64,000 bases of DNA from Narcine bancroftii (GCF_036971445.1 NW_027211801.1:1116001-1180000), one strand, 5' to 3'. Positions 37,740-51,135 are shown, counted from the first letter of the stretch. Numbers and translations: made by a program. Notes: generated by a model from the letters alone, not told the origin.

Positions 37740-39230
37740 TAGTTAGGTACATGGATGGGAGGGTTATGGAGGGCTATGGGCTGGATGCAGGATAGTGGAT
37801 CTAGGGAGAATACTAGTTTGGCACAGATGAGGCCAAAGGGCCAGTTTATGTACAGTTAAGTTCTATTTATGTTCTATGGCTCTACAGTGTAATTTTGTTC
37901 TATGAAAAAACATTAAGGTAAATCTCTGCCCCGTCTTCAGCTCGACAACATCTTTCCCCTCATACAGTGACCAGAACTGAGCACAATACTTCAAGTTGGG
38001 CCTCATCATTGTCTTACACACAGTAACATAACCTCCAAACTCTGGGACAACAGTCTGACCGCTGAAGGCTCATGTATCAATGGCCTTTTCCAACACCTAA
38101 TCTATCCGTGATGCCACTTTCAAGGTTCAATCTATTCGCACTCAGAGATCCTTCTGCTGTACATTGCTCTGGTGTTCAAGAGCCTGTCTAAATGCCCCTT
38201 GAGTGTTGTCCCTGATCATCTCATCTGGCAGTTTAGTCCAGATACCATCCATACTGTGTGCAAAATATTCACCCCTCCCAACATAATTAAACCGTGCCTC
38301 TCATCTTGACCCTTGGCTCTCTATTTTGAGGCCCCCACCCACACCCAATATAGGAAGGAGTCTAGTTCTCTCCCTTATACAACACGACAGCACAGAATAG
38401 GCCCTTGACCCTCATTGTTGTGCTGACTTACCATTAAAAAACACTCAATTTTGCTTTCATCCATGTGCCTGTGTAACAGTGTCTTAAATGCCCCTAATGT
38501 TCCAGACCCCACCCCCACCCCTGGAAATGCATTCCAGGAACCCACAACTCTCAGTGTTAAAAAAACTTGCCTGCGATGTCTCCCCTGAACCATCCTCCCT
38601 TCACTTTGTACAGATGTTCCCTGGTGTTTGCTATTCCTGCCCTGGGAAAAAGGCACTGGCTATCCTCCTTATCTATCCCTCTCAGAACATTAGACCACAG
38701 AACATTAAAAGGTATCAAAAGGCTTTTCGGCCCTTCTCGTCTGTGCCGAGTTATTACCCTGCCTAGATCCATTGATTTTATCTCAGTCCATAGCCCTCTG
38801 TACCCCTCCCATCCATGTGCCTGTCCAAATTCTTCAATGTTAAAATTGAGCCCGCATTCACCACTTCAGCTGGTAGCTCGTTCCACATGCTCACTACTCA
38901 ATTTGTAAAGGAGTTTCCCCTCATATTCCCCAAAACATCGCCTTTCATCCTTAACCCATGTCCTCTGGTTTGTATGTTACTTATCGTCAGTTGAAAAAGC
39001 ATTTTCTCTGTCTGTGCCTCTCATAACGTTAAATATGTCTACCAAATCTCCCTCATTCTCCTTTCCCCAGGGAATAAAGTTCTAGCCTGTAACTCTGTTC
39101 CTGAGGTCCTGTTAACATCCGAGTAAATGTTCTCTACACTCTTTCAATCCTAGTTCGTGACCAATGTTTTACTCTAATTTACCATAAAACATCCCAACTC
39201 CTGTACTCAATACTTTGATTTATAAAGGCC
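37740..39230. mobile_element. Nested CR1 3' fragments
   Basis: Several CR1 3' ends, e.g. RVVGSWNAFPG on the minus strand. Confidence 0.7.
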
Positions 39231-39325
39231 ATTGTGTTCATGTCCATGGAATCTTTTATTCAGAGTTGGTGTTGGTGTTTGGACTTCATCACCTCATGAT
39301 GTTTCCCTTCTGCTCTCCCACACAG

Positions 39326-39651
39326 GTAGCGACTCTCGGAAACCCTCGGTTCAACTGCTCCCTCCCTCCCAGAATGAGATCGACTCAGGCTCGGCCACCC
39401 TGTCTTGCCTGGTGAGCGGGTTTAAGCCAGGCTTCGCGTCACTCCAGTGGAGCGTGGATGGGGTCGAGACAGAGAGCGGGGTGACGACGGGTGTCGCATC
39501 CCCTGATGCTGACCAGGCCTACAAGCAGAGCAGTTACCTGCATGTGTCCGCCACTGCCTGGAACACAGGCTCCAGCTATACCTGCATCGTGAGCCACAGC
39601 TCACTGAGCTCGCCTCTGCGCGAGTCCATCTCGTCGTTATCCTGTGTGTAG
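39326..39651 (+). CDS. Ig light chain exon 3: constant domain (type II/NS3-like)
   Basis: Acceptor ctcccacacag at 39325, phase 1. Reads SDSRKPSVQLLPPS...ATLSCLVSGFKPG...WSVDG...SSYL...YTCIVSHSSLSSP...SSLSCV*, with the C1-set Cys/Trp and a penultimate Cys for the H-L bond. Closely resembles shark lambda-like C regions (recalled). Spliced CDS is 738 nt (245 aa). Confidence 0.95.
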
Positions 39652-39704
39652 TGAGGCCACACCGGTCAGCAGAACACGCAGATTCTTGGCTCGTGCCTTG
39701 GATT

Positions 39705-39860
39705 TCACAGCTCAATGAAGGGCTCAAGCCTGAAATGTTGATTATGTATTTTTACCTTTGCTATATAAAGGACACTGTTTGACTTGCTGAGTTACTCCAG
39801 TGTTGTGTATTTACTTCAACCACGGGTGTCTGCAGACTTTCATGTTTTGTTCCTGATTCT
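39705..39860 (+). repeat. Penelope-type terminal repeat in the IgL 3'UTR (related pieces at ~22280-22400, 18930-19040, 29230-29330)
   Basis: aatgaagggctcaagcctgaaatgttg...tgctgagttactccag...tctgcagact, an elasmobranch PLE-like terminus (recalled). Confidence 0.5.
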
Positions 39861-40074
39861 CTGCCCATGTTTAATGCCCTGTCTGGGGTCTGTGTCTGCC
39901 TTGTGTGGTATAATCGTGCAAAAATGTTCACTGCTGGAGACCAACCCAATTCTTAATCATCTCCAAAATCAGATTTTCCTGTATTCTGTAGAATTGTCCT
40001 TCCAGCCCCACATTTCAACTCCTGTTGTGTGTAGAATGTGGGGTAGTGATCAGATCCTGTGCAAAGCAGAACTC

Positions 40075-40080
40075 AATAAA
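40075..40080 (+). terminator. Probable polyadenylation signal of the IgL gene
   Basis: First AATAAA after the stop (~425 nt downstream), followed by the GT-rich sequence gtttgctgtggtctgt. Confidence 0.6.
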
Positions 40081-40234
40081 GTGGAGAAGAGGCAAGTTTG
40101 CTGTGGTCTGTCATTATTCAACTCCTCGCTGTAAATTCAGCAGGTAAGGTGGTGCTTGGGACCCAACCTCTGGAGAATTCTAGGGGTTCCTCGCAGAGAG
40201 CCAGCGATTGCAACCTCCCTCTCGGCCCAGCATG

Positions 40235-40470
40235 GCTCTGACCTCTGCACTTTACCTCCTCTACATTGGAAGGACTCGGCACCGACTAGGAGATCTGTTC
40301 ACTGAGAACCTTCTCCCCATCTGCACCAGTGGCAGGGATCTCCCAGTGACCACCCACTTCAAATCTACTCCCCTCTCCCGCACCTAAATGGTCTGTTCGT
40401 GGTCTCATGCCCTTTCCAACCAAGACCACCTGTAAATGGGAGGAACAACACCTAATATTCTGGCGGGACC
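40235..40470 (+). mobile_element. Penelope GIY-YIG endonuclease fragment
   Basis: Translates LYIGRTRHRLGDLFTENL...DLPVTTHFKS. Confidence 0.65.
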
Positions 40471-40474
40471 CTCT

Positions 40475-43400
40475 CTGTTTTTTAAAGTATTTTATTTATT
40501 CAACATATATAATGTCAAAAAATAAGTGTTTTTGCATGAGTACATAATAAAATATTACAAATATGTACTGACACTTTATTTATAAAAGCTAAAATATTAA
40601 AATATAAAATCTAAAATAACTACAAATTACAAAATAAAACCATTTATCCACCCTCCCCCAAACTAATCTAATCCCAAATCTAAAATATAAGATATTTCAT
40701 TATCAAACAATTATGTTATTAATTTGGATTCCATCAGTTGAGACACAAAGACCTTAAAAGCATCATGAAGTTGTTTTTTTAAGGGAAAACTTGACTGGTC
40801 AAGATAGAAATTAATAAAATAATTATTTTTATTTCATTATTTCAAATTTGCAAGCATAAATAATATTTATCCTTTAATTTATCCATATTGTTTCTAATGG
40901 AATACAGCTTTGAATCTCTGCGAACCATCTCTCTAATGTTAACGGAACATCAGATTTCCGTGTTGCAGTGACACTTTTCTTGCTGTTACTAAAACCCACT
41001 TAACAAGCTCTCATTGGGAATCTAACAACAATAATTTAGGAGAAACACTTTCAAAATTTCCCAACAAAAGTCATTGAGGATTTAAAGGAAAATTTACTCC
41101 TGTTTTCAGTTGTAAAAGTTGACTGATAGAAACCCAAAACGGGTTGACCATTGAACAAGACCACATTGAGTGCAGAACAATTCCCATTTCTCTTCAACAT
41201 CTAAAACATGGATCTGATAAATCCAATCTCCATCTAGTCAATTTCTGAGGACTCATATACAATTGATCTAAAAAATTATATGCATTAATCTACATCATAC
41301 ATTAATAGTATTTGTCATAACCTCTTCACACAAATTCCGCCAGATTTGTTGATATATTATCATATCCAAATCTTGTTCCCTTGTTTTTTTGAATTAAACA
41401 AACCTACTTTAGGTTTCTGGTCTTTTAATAATATTTATGCAAATAAAATAAACTTTTTAATCATTCCATCAACTATAATTTGTTTCAAATGTGAAAGATC
41501 TTTTAAAATCATTTCCAGTCCTAATGTCTCTCTCAATTAAGCCCTCGATTGAAAATAACAATGTAATGTATTGTAAGTTAGACCATATTTAATCATTAAT
41601 TGGTCAAAAGACATCAATCTATATAAGACTTCCAGGTAATAGCTAAACCATTTCCTTGAAACAGCTGAAGCTGGTCGTAAAAAAATAATTTGACAATTAA
41701 CATTTTAATATTTCCTAATAAAATTAATTTTGGGTCTAACAGATGTTTAACCTTTAACACTTGCTGAAAATGCTTCAATTTGTATCCAAAATGACTTAAC
41801 CTTAAATTCAATTAAGTCTTTTTAATAATTGATGTGTTAAATATAATTAATGTTAAAAGTTATGTTGTACTAATCTGTATCTTACATTGACAATTTTAGT
41901 CATATTATCTTTACATAACATTCTCCAATCATTTTGATCTGTTGTGCTACCTAAATATGTTCCCCACTTTAATCTCGATTTATGAATATCGAATTTGGAC
42001 CATTTTCCTTTGAAGTAATTTATACATTTCTGAAATAAATTTATTAATACCCACTTTAATAAGTAAAATTTCTAACACAGACTGTCAAGTTATTCTTAAA
42101 CTTTGACCTAATTTATCAATTAAAAGAGCTTAATCTTGATAATAACAAAAAAAGGTATTTATTTGGAACATTATATTTTTCTTTCTTTAGTTGAAAAGAA
42201 TCAAAATAACCAGCTTCAAAACAATCTTTTATTATTTAAATCCTCATTTGATTCCATATCTTTCAAAATTAATTATTACCAATCAAAGGAAAAAGTTTAT
42301 TTTGATATCAAGGTGTTTTACCTGAAATCTTAGCTTTCCCACCAATCTCACAATCTATTTTATTGTATAATTTAATTAAATGTGTCAGTATAGAAGGGTC
42401 CGTATTACCAATTAATCATCTGGTGTTCAATTTATAAAGAAATTCTAGGATAGATTTTTAAAATCTATTTTAGTGAATTGTATAATGTCCCATGTTAAAT
42501 ATTTACCTCAATCAAATTTTCCATTAATAAATTTCAACTAAGCAACTTTATAATCATATTGAAAATGTGGAATCTGTAAACCTCTTAGTTCAAATTTTGA
42601 AGTTAATTTCTCTCAGGATTCATTTACCATTTTACCTTTCCCCAAAAATGTCCTCATTATTAAATTTAGATCCTTAAGTTTTTTTGAGGTATATTGAAAG
42701 GAATGGATTGCAAAAGATATTGAATCCTTGGGAAATTATCCATCTTGATACAATTCACTCAACCTATTAAAGTTTTAGGAAAATCATTCCATCTATTCAG
42801 ATCCTCTTTAATTTTATTAAATAATGGTAAATACTGATTGATGAAGGCCAATATGCCAAAACCTATCTTTACAACCCTATCGACCTGTGACGACACTTTC
42901 AGGGAATTATCCATCTGTATTCCAAATGAGCAGACAATGTTTTTTAAATTGGGAGATAATTGAAAAGACTCAGATACAAATGGTCCTGGGAATCCTCGTG
43001 CAGGATCGTCTGAAGGTAAACTTGCAGGTTGAGACGGTGTTGAAGAACACAAATTGAATGCTGGCAGTCACTTCAAGAGGAATGGAATACAAATGGAGTC
43101 CAAAGCAGCAGAACAAAGGGGAACATGGCCCTTTATAGTTTTGCAGGCAGTATTGGGGGGGGGGGTGGGGCAATTACTCAGGGCTGGCTGGGTCCTGTTG
43201 GCTGCTGCGTCAATGGCTCCAAGTACAGTGCAGTGGCTCAGCAGGGGTCATTTTCCTGGGCCAATTGGGTGAAGGTAAGGGCTGAGTCTGGGCAGGTTCT
43301 CTGGACTGTAGCCCCTGCTGATTGAGGTGGGCCAATCGCAAGGGTCACACAATTTTTGTATATATTATTCATTAAATATAGAATATACAGACATGTTGGA

Positions 43401-44385
43401 ATAACAGATATACAAAACATTTTCACCCTTTCCCCCCCTCAACCCCTCACTCATACCTGGCCTCCTACAAACTACCCCAAATAAAATATAATGGAGTTAA
43501 CATGCATATGTTTGTTTATTTTTTCACTGCTGTGGTGGGTGCCTGCTCTTTCCAATAAAAACCTTGTAACACTACTAAACCCATATATTTCATATATGGA
43601 TTGCAAACTTTAATAAATAAAGAACAATTATCAGGTAAATTATAACTTATCTTTTCCAATGGAATACACGATCATAACTCAGATGCCATCTCAGGAAATT
43701 CAGCCTAATCTCATTTTTTCAAGTAATTACTATACATTTTCTCGGCACCGCTAAGGCCAGTCGGATAAATGCAAGCTGGAATTCTCCAATTTTATACCCA
43801 ATATCCATGTTGTGCTTTATCCAAGTTAAAATAACATCGGATCAAGTTCCAACTTAAACTTCATCAGACCTTACACAAATTCCAAAATTCTACACCAAAA
43901 ATATTTCACCCAATCACAAGGATCACCTTGATGGCTTGGGTTGGGTCTTGATCAGGATTGACATGTAATCTATCTTCCGAATAGGAGTGCCGAAGTGCCA
44001 CCCTGTGGTAGCACCAGCATCTCATTTACAAGCATTTAAACTGACCTATTTTTTAAATACTGAGTTTAATCTCCCTCAACCAAAGGCATAATTCCACTTT
44101 TATCCCAATTAATTTAATAACCTGATATTTCGCCATATTCCTTTAATCACATATACAACAAACACAAAGAATTTTCAGGGTCTGTTCAATAAATCTAATC
44201 ATCATCTACTAATAAATTAATCTTCAATTCATCAGAATTAACTTTAAACCCTTTAATATTCATAACTTGTCTTATTAACTGAGCTAAAGGTTCAACAGCT
44301 AAATCAAATAAAGCTGAGCAGAAAGGACATCCTTATCTCTGATCTAGTAAATAAAAAAGCTGACTATATTTGTCCCTTTGTCAGG
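40475..44385 (-). mobile_element. Stacked old L1 fragments, with a CR1 piece (42830-43090) and an ERV LTR fragment (43093-43350)
   Basis: AT-rich L1 3' ends with T tracts. 43250-43350 is the reverse complement of ERV LTR 18520-18620. Confidence 0.65.
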
Positions 44386-44479
44386 GTTAATGACAGGGCG
44401 GGGGGGGGGGGGGGGGGGGTGGTTGGTAGTGAGGGTTGTGATGGGATGAAAGGCTATTAAAGTGGCAGCAGATGATTGC

Positions 44480-45465
44480 ATCTCAGACTGTAGTCCTGTG
44501 ACTAGTGGTTTGTTTCAGGGGTCAGGCTAGGGGCATTGCTGTTTGTCCTAACAATGCTCTGGGTGATCATGTGGTAAATTGGATCAGTAAGTTTGGAGAT
44601 GACACTAAGGTTGGAGGCATTGTGGACAGCTAGGAAGGTTTGCAAAGCTTGCAGAGGAATCTGGACTAGCTGGAAAAGTGGGCTGTAAAAGAGCAGATGG
44701 AATTTAGTGCAGACAAGTGTGAGGTGCTGTACTTTGGAAGGACAAACCAAGAAAAGACATACACGGTGAATGGTCGGGCCCTGAGGAGTGGGGTCGAACA
44801 GAGGCACCTAGGAATACAGATACATCTTTCCCTGAAGTGCGGTCAAAGGTGGAGAGGGTCGTAAAGAGAGCTTTTAGCATTTTGGCCTTCATAAATCAAA
44901 GTATTGAGTGCAGGAGTGGTGATATTGTTGTCAAGTTTTATACGACATTGGTGCAGTCAAAAGTGGAGAAATGTGTGGAGTTTTAGTCATTGAAATACAG
45001 GAAAGATTGAAGAGAGCAGATAAGAATTAGAAGGAAGTGGCTGGAATTCTGGAACTGAATCACAGGGAAGGGTTAGACAGGTGAGGACTTCATTCCCTGG
45101 AGCATATTAATGAGGGAGATTTGATCAAGGTTTTTTTAAATTACGAGGGGTATAGACAGAGTAAATGTAGATAAGCATTTTCCTGAAAATGGAGGACATG
45201 GGCTAAGAATGAAAGGAGAAAAGTTTGGGGAACATGAGGGGGAACCTCTTCATACACAGAGTAGAGGGAGTGTGGAATGAGCTGACAGCTGAAGTGGTGA
45301 ATGTGGGACCAGTTTTAACATTGAAGAAGTATTTGGAGACGTACATGGATTTGAAGCTATAGAGGGTAACGGAATGGGTGCAGGTCAGTGGGACAAGGCA
45401 GAATCTCATTTGGCACAGATGAGATGGGCTGAAGTGTTTGTTTCTGTGCTCTAATTTTCTCTGGT
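44480..45465 (+). mobile_element. CR1 3' fragment
   Basis: DDTK-like, MEF and 3'UTR motifs. Confidence 0.75.
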
Positions 45466-45799
45466 ACTAGAATGGCCAAAAACCCCATCTGCAGTTAGTT
45501 CCATCTGCACCACACTGGTCCGAGATGATTGATGGATATTTTCTAAATTCTTAGGACTTCAGGCTTGTTGTGGGAAGGGTTGTGGCTGTCATGTGACAGC
45601 ACTGCCCCCCTACATTGTCGGAGGACACACCAGCTGCCAATCAAGCTCTGGTTCTGCCCCACCCAAGAGTGCGCACCTTGCTGTTGGCCACATGGAAATG
45701 ACTTGGACTGGACACTGCAGCCTGTCTGTACTTGGCCTTGGACCATTGGCTATTTTAATTAGATTAATCCTCCTGCCACTGAGCTATTGGCGTCAGTAA

Positions 45800-48700
45800 A
45801 TGATGTGGGTTTGTCTCTCCAGCATTATAAAGGTACCATGTCTCCTTGAGTACTATTTGGGGGGACAGTCCGGCTAAGAAGGCAGCGGTGACTGTAACTC
45901 TGGCTCAGAGTCAGCTTATGCAGCCCAGAAGGGAAGGGAAAGGAGGAGGAGGGCTATAGTTATTGGGGATTCAATGGTCAGGAGGACTGATGGGGGTTTT
46001 AGAGGATACGATAGAGGAAACCGGATGGTTGTTTGCTGCCCTGGTGCTAGTATCTGGGATGTAACTACGCATATCCAAGGCATCCTAAAAGGGGAGGGTA
46101 ATGAACCAGAGGTCGTGTTACATGTTGGTCCCAATGATATTGGGAGGAAGGAGGAAGTGTTCCTAAGGAATGAATATAGGGAGTTAGGTTTGGAGCTCCG
46201 AAGAAGAATCGCAAAGTGAGTAATATTTGGATTACTTCCTGTACCACGTGATAGTGAGGGTAGAAATAGAATCAAGTGGATGCTGAATGCGTGGCTAAAG
46301 TGCTGGAGTAATGGGCAGGGATTCGAGTTCTTGGATCACTGGGACCTATTTTAGGGGAAAGGCCCATTTAAGGGAGGAGAGCAGAGAGAGTTATTGTAGG
46401 TGAAGGGAAAAGGCTTATTCATAAAATTTGGGGGTGGAATCACAGTTGATTGAGGAGGAGAGGGATAGATTCTATGATGGAAAACAGAGGAAGGTGACAA
46501 ATAATAGTGTGGATGACCGAGAGGGGGATAGGCAGAAGGTAAGATGTGGGAAGGCTCTGAAATGAATTTACTTCAATATAAGGAAGGTAGATAAGCTGAA
46601 GGGGTGGCTATACAATTGGCAGTATGATGTGGCAGCAATTAGTGGGACGTGGTTGAAGGAGGGTTGCAACTGGTAGTTAAATATTCCGGGATCTCTCTGC
46701 TTTAGGTGTGATAGAATTGGAGGGATGGGGATGGTTGCATTACTCGTCAAGGAGGATATTACAGCGCTACTGAGGCATGATACATAAGAGGGCAAGTCAA
46801 GGGAGGCACTGTGGGTGGAATAAAAAAATAATAGAGGTGAGGTTATGCTTATAGGGGTGTATTATAGACGACCAAATGGGGAGAGGGAACGAGAAGAGGA
46901 AATGCGCAGTGAAATAGTTGAGATGTGCAGTAAGCACAGGGTTCTGTTAGTTGGGGATTTTAATTTTCCTAACATAGATTGGGTAACGTAGACAGTGAGT
47001 GGGCTGGATGGATTAGAGTTTGTAAAATGTGTGCAGGAGTGCTTTTTGCATCAATATGTTGAGGTGCCCACTAGAGAAGGGGCAGTGTTAGATCGACTGT
47101 TGGGGAATGGAATAGGGCAGGTGAAGGAGGTGTGCATTGGGGAGCACTTCAGATCCAGTGATGATGGTACCATTAATTTCAGCAAAAGGGATTGATCTGG
47201 TCCGACGATGAAGGTCTTTGTGTGGGGGAAAGCCAGATTCAAAGAAATGAGAAGGGACATGTAGGGAGTAGTTTGGACTGATCTTTTTTTCTGGAGAGGA
47301 CGCTGAGGAGAATTGGAGAGCATTTAAAGGTGAGATTTTGAGAGCACAGACTATTATGTTCCTGTCAGGACAAAAGCCAAGGCCAAATGTTCATGGGAGC
47401 CATGGTTTTGTAGAGAGATTAGGAAGATGGTTCAGGATAAGAGGGAGGACTACGTTGAATACAAGAAACAAAGGATGGATGAGATGTTTGAACGATACAT
47501 AGATCGTAGAAAGAACCTTAAGAAGGAAATTAGAAAGGCAAAAAGAAGGTATGAGAGGGCTTTAGAAAATAAGGTGAAAGAAAATCCAAAAGGTTTATAC
47601 AAATATGTGTACAGCAAAAGGAAAATTAAGGATAGAATAGGTCCTCTAGAAAATCAGGGTAGAGGAATGTCTGAGGAGCCATATGAGATAGGGGAGATAT
47701 TGAATTAATTATTCTCATCAATGTTTAAGAGGAAATAAATATTGAATTGTGTAGTTGTGAGGCAAAATGGTTAGTTATGGAAAAGATAAGGATTATTAAA
47801 GAGGGATATTAGAACTTCTGGGGTATAAAAAGGTAGATAAGTCTCCTGGTCCTCATGGGATTTTCCCCAGGACCTTAAGGGAGGTCAGGAAGGAAATAAC
47901 AGAGGCTCTGAAGGTGATTTTTCAATGGTCACTGGAGGAGGGTATGGTTCTGTGGGATTGGCGGGTTGCAAATGTGATTCAGTTGTTTAAAAAGGGTGCA
48001 AGTTCGAGGCTAAGCAATTATCGGGCAGTAAGTTTGACATCGGTGGTGGGGAAACTAATGGAAGGAATTCTTAGGGATAATATAAAATATCTGGAAAGGC
48101 AGGGATTGATCAGGGACACCCAACATGGGGTTGTGAGGGGAAAGTTGTGTTTGATGAATCTTGTTTAAATTTTTGAAGAGGTGAACTGAAGTTAGAGCAG
48201 ATGATGTGGTCTATTTGGATTTTAGTAAGGCTTTCAATAAGGTTTCAAATGAAAGGTTAGTGAGGAAGTCTCTCGGGATTAATATAGAGACAGTCAGATG
48301 GGGTCAGTGGTGGCTGGAAAGTAGGCATCAGAGAGTCATGGTGGACATCTCTCTGTCAGGATGGAGGCCAGTGACAAGAAGTGTGCCTCAGTGATCGGTG
48401 TTGGGTCCTTTAAAGTTTATCATTTATATGAATGATTTGAATGATGGGGTGGTGAACTGGGTGAGTAAATGTGCAGCCAATACAAAAATAGTTGGAGTTG
48501 TGCATAGTGAGGAGGGTTTTCATGGACTACAAAAAGACTGTTTGGAAAGGTGGGCTGAAAGGTGGCAGATGGAGTTTAATGTAGATAAGTGTGAGGAGCT
48601 TCATTGTGGGAGGAATAACCAAAATTGTACATTTGCCATGAAGGGGAAGGCATTGAGGAATGCAGAGGAACAGAGGGATCTTGGAATAACGGTTCAACAA

Positions 48701-49372
48701 TCCTTGAAGGTGGATTCCCATGTCGATAGGGTGGTGAAGAAGGCTTTTGGTTTTCTGGCCTTTATAAATCATTGCATAGAATATAGGATCTGGGGGGTTA
48801 TGTTGAGACTGTTTAAGGCATTAGTGAGGCCAAGTTTGGAATATTGTGTGCAATTCAGTTCTCGAACTTGTAGGAAGTATATAAATAAGGTAGAGAGGGT
48901 GCAAAGAGGATTTATGAAAATCTTGCCTGGATTGCAGTATCTTAAATATGGAGTAGACTGGAACTTTATTCACTGGAGCATAGAAGGTTGAGAGGGGATT
49001 TGATAGAGGTATTTAACATTATGAAGGGAATAGATAAAGTAGATGTGAATAGGCTCTTTCCCCTGAGGGTAGGGGAGATTGGATCAAGGGGTCTTAACTT
49101 AAGGGTTAGGGGGCAACACTTTATATAAGAGGATGCTTCTTCACTCAGAGAGTGGTGGCTGAGTGGAATGATTGTCCGGAAGTGGTAGTTGTGGCACGGT
49201 CATTTCTTTAATTTAAGAGGTTAGATACGTACAGGGATGTGAGGGGGTTGGAGAATTATGGGCAAGGGAATGGGTAGGTGGAAGCAATGGAGTCACACAA
49301 AAATCGATGCGGACGAGAAGGACCAATATGGCCTGTTTCTGTACTGTAATTTGTTACATGGTAATATGGTAT
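45800..49372 (+). mobile_element. Degenerate near-full-length CR1 (ORF1 SGNH esterase + ORF2)
   Basis: IVIGDSMVR, VCCPGA and VVLHVGPND (esterase), followed by APE and RT remnants with many stops. Confidence 0.9.
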
Positions 49373-49374
49373 AA

Positions 49375-51135
49375 CAAAGATTGTTATTGTGAGATATAGG
49401 TTGTTCCATTATTACTTCATACATCATCAATATATAACCCCTGAAAAATTCAAGAGATATAATTTAATTTCTTCAGATTTAGATTTCAGGTGCCAGAAGG
49501 AAGTAGGTTCATTCCTACATTCTACTTTGTTATGTGATTATGGTGAAACAATTTTGCACATGACTTAAAAAGTTTTTAGAGAAAGTTCTGAAGAATAAAT
49601 TGCTGATGGAATCGACATTATTTTTATTAAATAATATTAAAATGTTTACCTTGAAATTGAGAATAACCAGGTATCAAATTGTACTTGGGTCCCACACACA
49701 TCATTCTGGGGGTCAGGATGAGGTGACTTTCCTAGGGTCAAACCTCATCTGGCTGAGGGGCATCTGCAGAATCTGTCTCCAGCGCGGGGTCTCGACAGTT
49801 TACTGACATCTTCTGTGCTCACGGACAAAATGAATGAAAAATAGATTCTGAAGTTTGGAAATAAAATTCCTTAAATTTCCTTGAGTTCACTAATTTGTTC
49901 TGATCAACGTGGTTCCAGGACCGAACACCCAAACCTTTGCTGAACTGTCCCATGTAGCACAGTAGGACATGGTTGAATCTCCAGCTTCCAGGCTGAGGAT
50001 GGTCAAGGAGTGAGTGTTGGCCAAGGTGTCTCTGGATGGGTTGTATCACCTGGTGAACCGGTGGCCTTGGGAGTATTTATTATTCTGTGTTGTGGCCACC
50101 TGAAAGTGGCTACTATTAGACATATAGTGTATCAATACCCACTCTTGAGCTTCTCCGGGTCGCTGTCGGAACCAGTTCATGTGGGAACTTCCAACGCTCC
50201 CACACTCCAGCCGACAGTCCAAGTGACCTCTCTGTCCCGCGGAGAGTGGGTCAAACATTGGGGTCTGATCGAGTTTAACCAATGCCAGGACACCTTCAAT
50301 GACACAAATAAACATGATACCGTGTTTTCACGGGGAAACAAAGTGCGATGAAAAGCTTAGTTGGAGGGGAGGTGGGGGGTTATAATACATGGGGAATGGC
50401 CTCTTGACTTCTCAACTGGAACCCAGACCATCAGAGATCAAAGGAGACTCGGCACAGAGACAATCGTTCTGGACAGGCAAAGACAGAGCAGTGCGATTGG
50501 GTTCCACGAACACACGGAGTCGCTTTAGTTCCCCATCTGCAAAGCAACTCTGGAGGCTCTGTTTAAGAAGGGGTGCCCATGAGGGGGAGGTGTCAGGAGA
50601 ACGCCAAGCGGCGGAGAATCACCCCATCTGGTTGTGTTCCCTGAAATAAGCAGGTTTGTTCTCAGGTCACATACATGACACAACACAGACATTTTCCTGC
50701 GGCCCTTCTAGTCTGTGTTGAACCATTATTTCTGCCTGGTCCCACCGACCTGCACTCCACCCATAACCCTCAATACCCCTCCCTTCCACGTACCTGTCCA
50801 AGTTCTTCTTAAATGTGATCATGGAGCCCCATTCACCATTTCACCTCGTTCCACACACCAACCACTCTCTGTGTGAATAATTTTCCCTAAAATCTTTTTC
50901 CATTCACTCTTAACGCATGTCCTCTGGATTCTATTTCACCTCCCTTCAGTGGAAATATCCTACCTACATTTAATCTGTCTATTCCCCTCATCATTTTAAA
51001 TACCTCGATCAAATCTCCCCTCATTTTCTGCCGTCCAGGGAATAAAGGCCAAACTTGTTTAACCTTTACCTGTATCTCAGTTCCTGATGTCTGGGCAATG
51101 TCCGAGTAAATCTTCTCTGTACTCTTTCTATCTTA
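49375..51135 (-). repeat. Inverted segmental duplication of ~31310-33330
   Basis: Reverse-complement colinearity of the CR1, promoter, L, VJ, post-J intron and L1 fragment. Confidence 0.9.
49895..50464 (-). pseudogene. Inverted joined-VJ IgL pseudogene
   Basis: Leader 50464-50416 has ATG>ATT, TGA at codon 9 and donor GT>TT. VJ 50293-49895 has CGA>TGA at 50048, a 12-codon CDR2 expansion, CDR3 ATWDSSAKVWV-FGPGT and a mutated J donor. Confidence 0.92.

Noticed and set aside
44392-44420. Poly-G run (also poly-C at ~61944-61963 and (TA)n at ~28983-29028)
   Set aside because: Simple low-complexity tracts within TE relics, with no evidence of function.
39700-49370. A second C exon for the inverted pseudogene
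   Set aside because: No Ig C-like reading frame was seen on the minus strand; the region is TE-derived.
21847-50464. Flanking pseudogenes as chicken-style gene-conversion donors
   Set aside because: Only one has a V, and it is heavily damaged. The sequence gives no evidence of somatic conversion.
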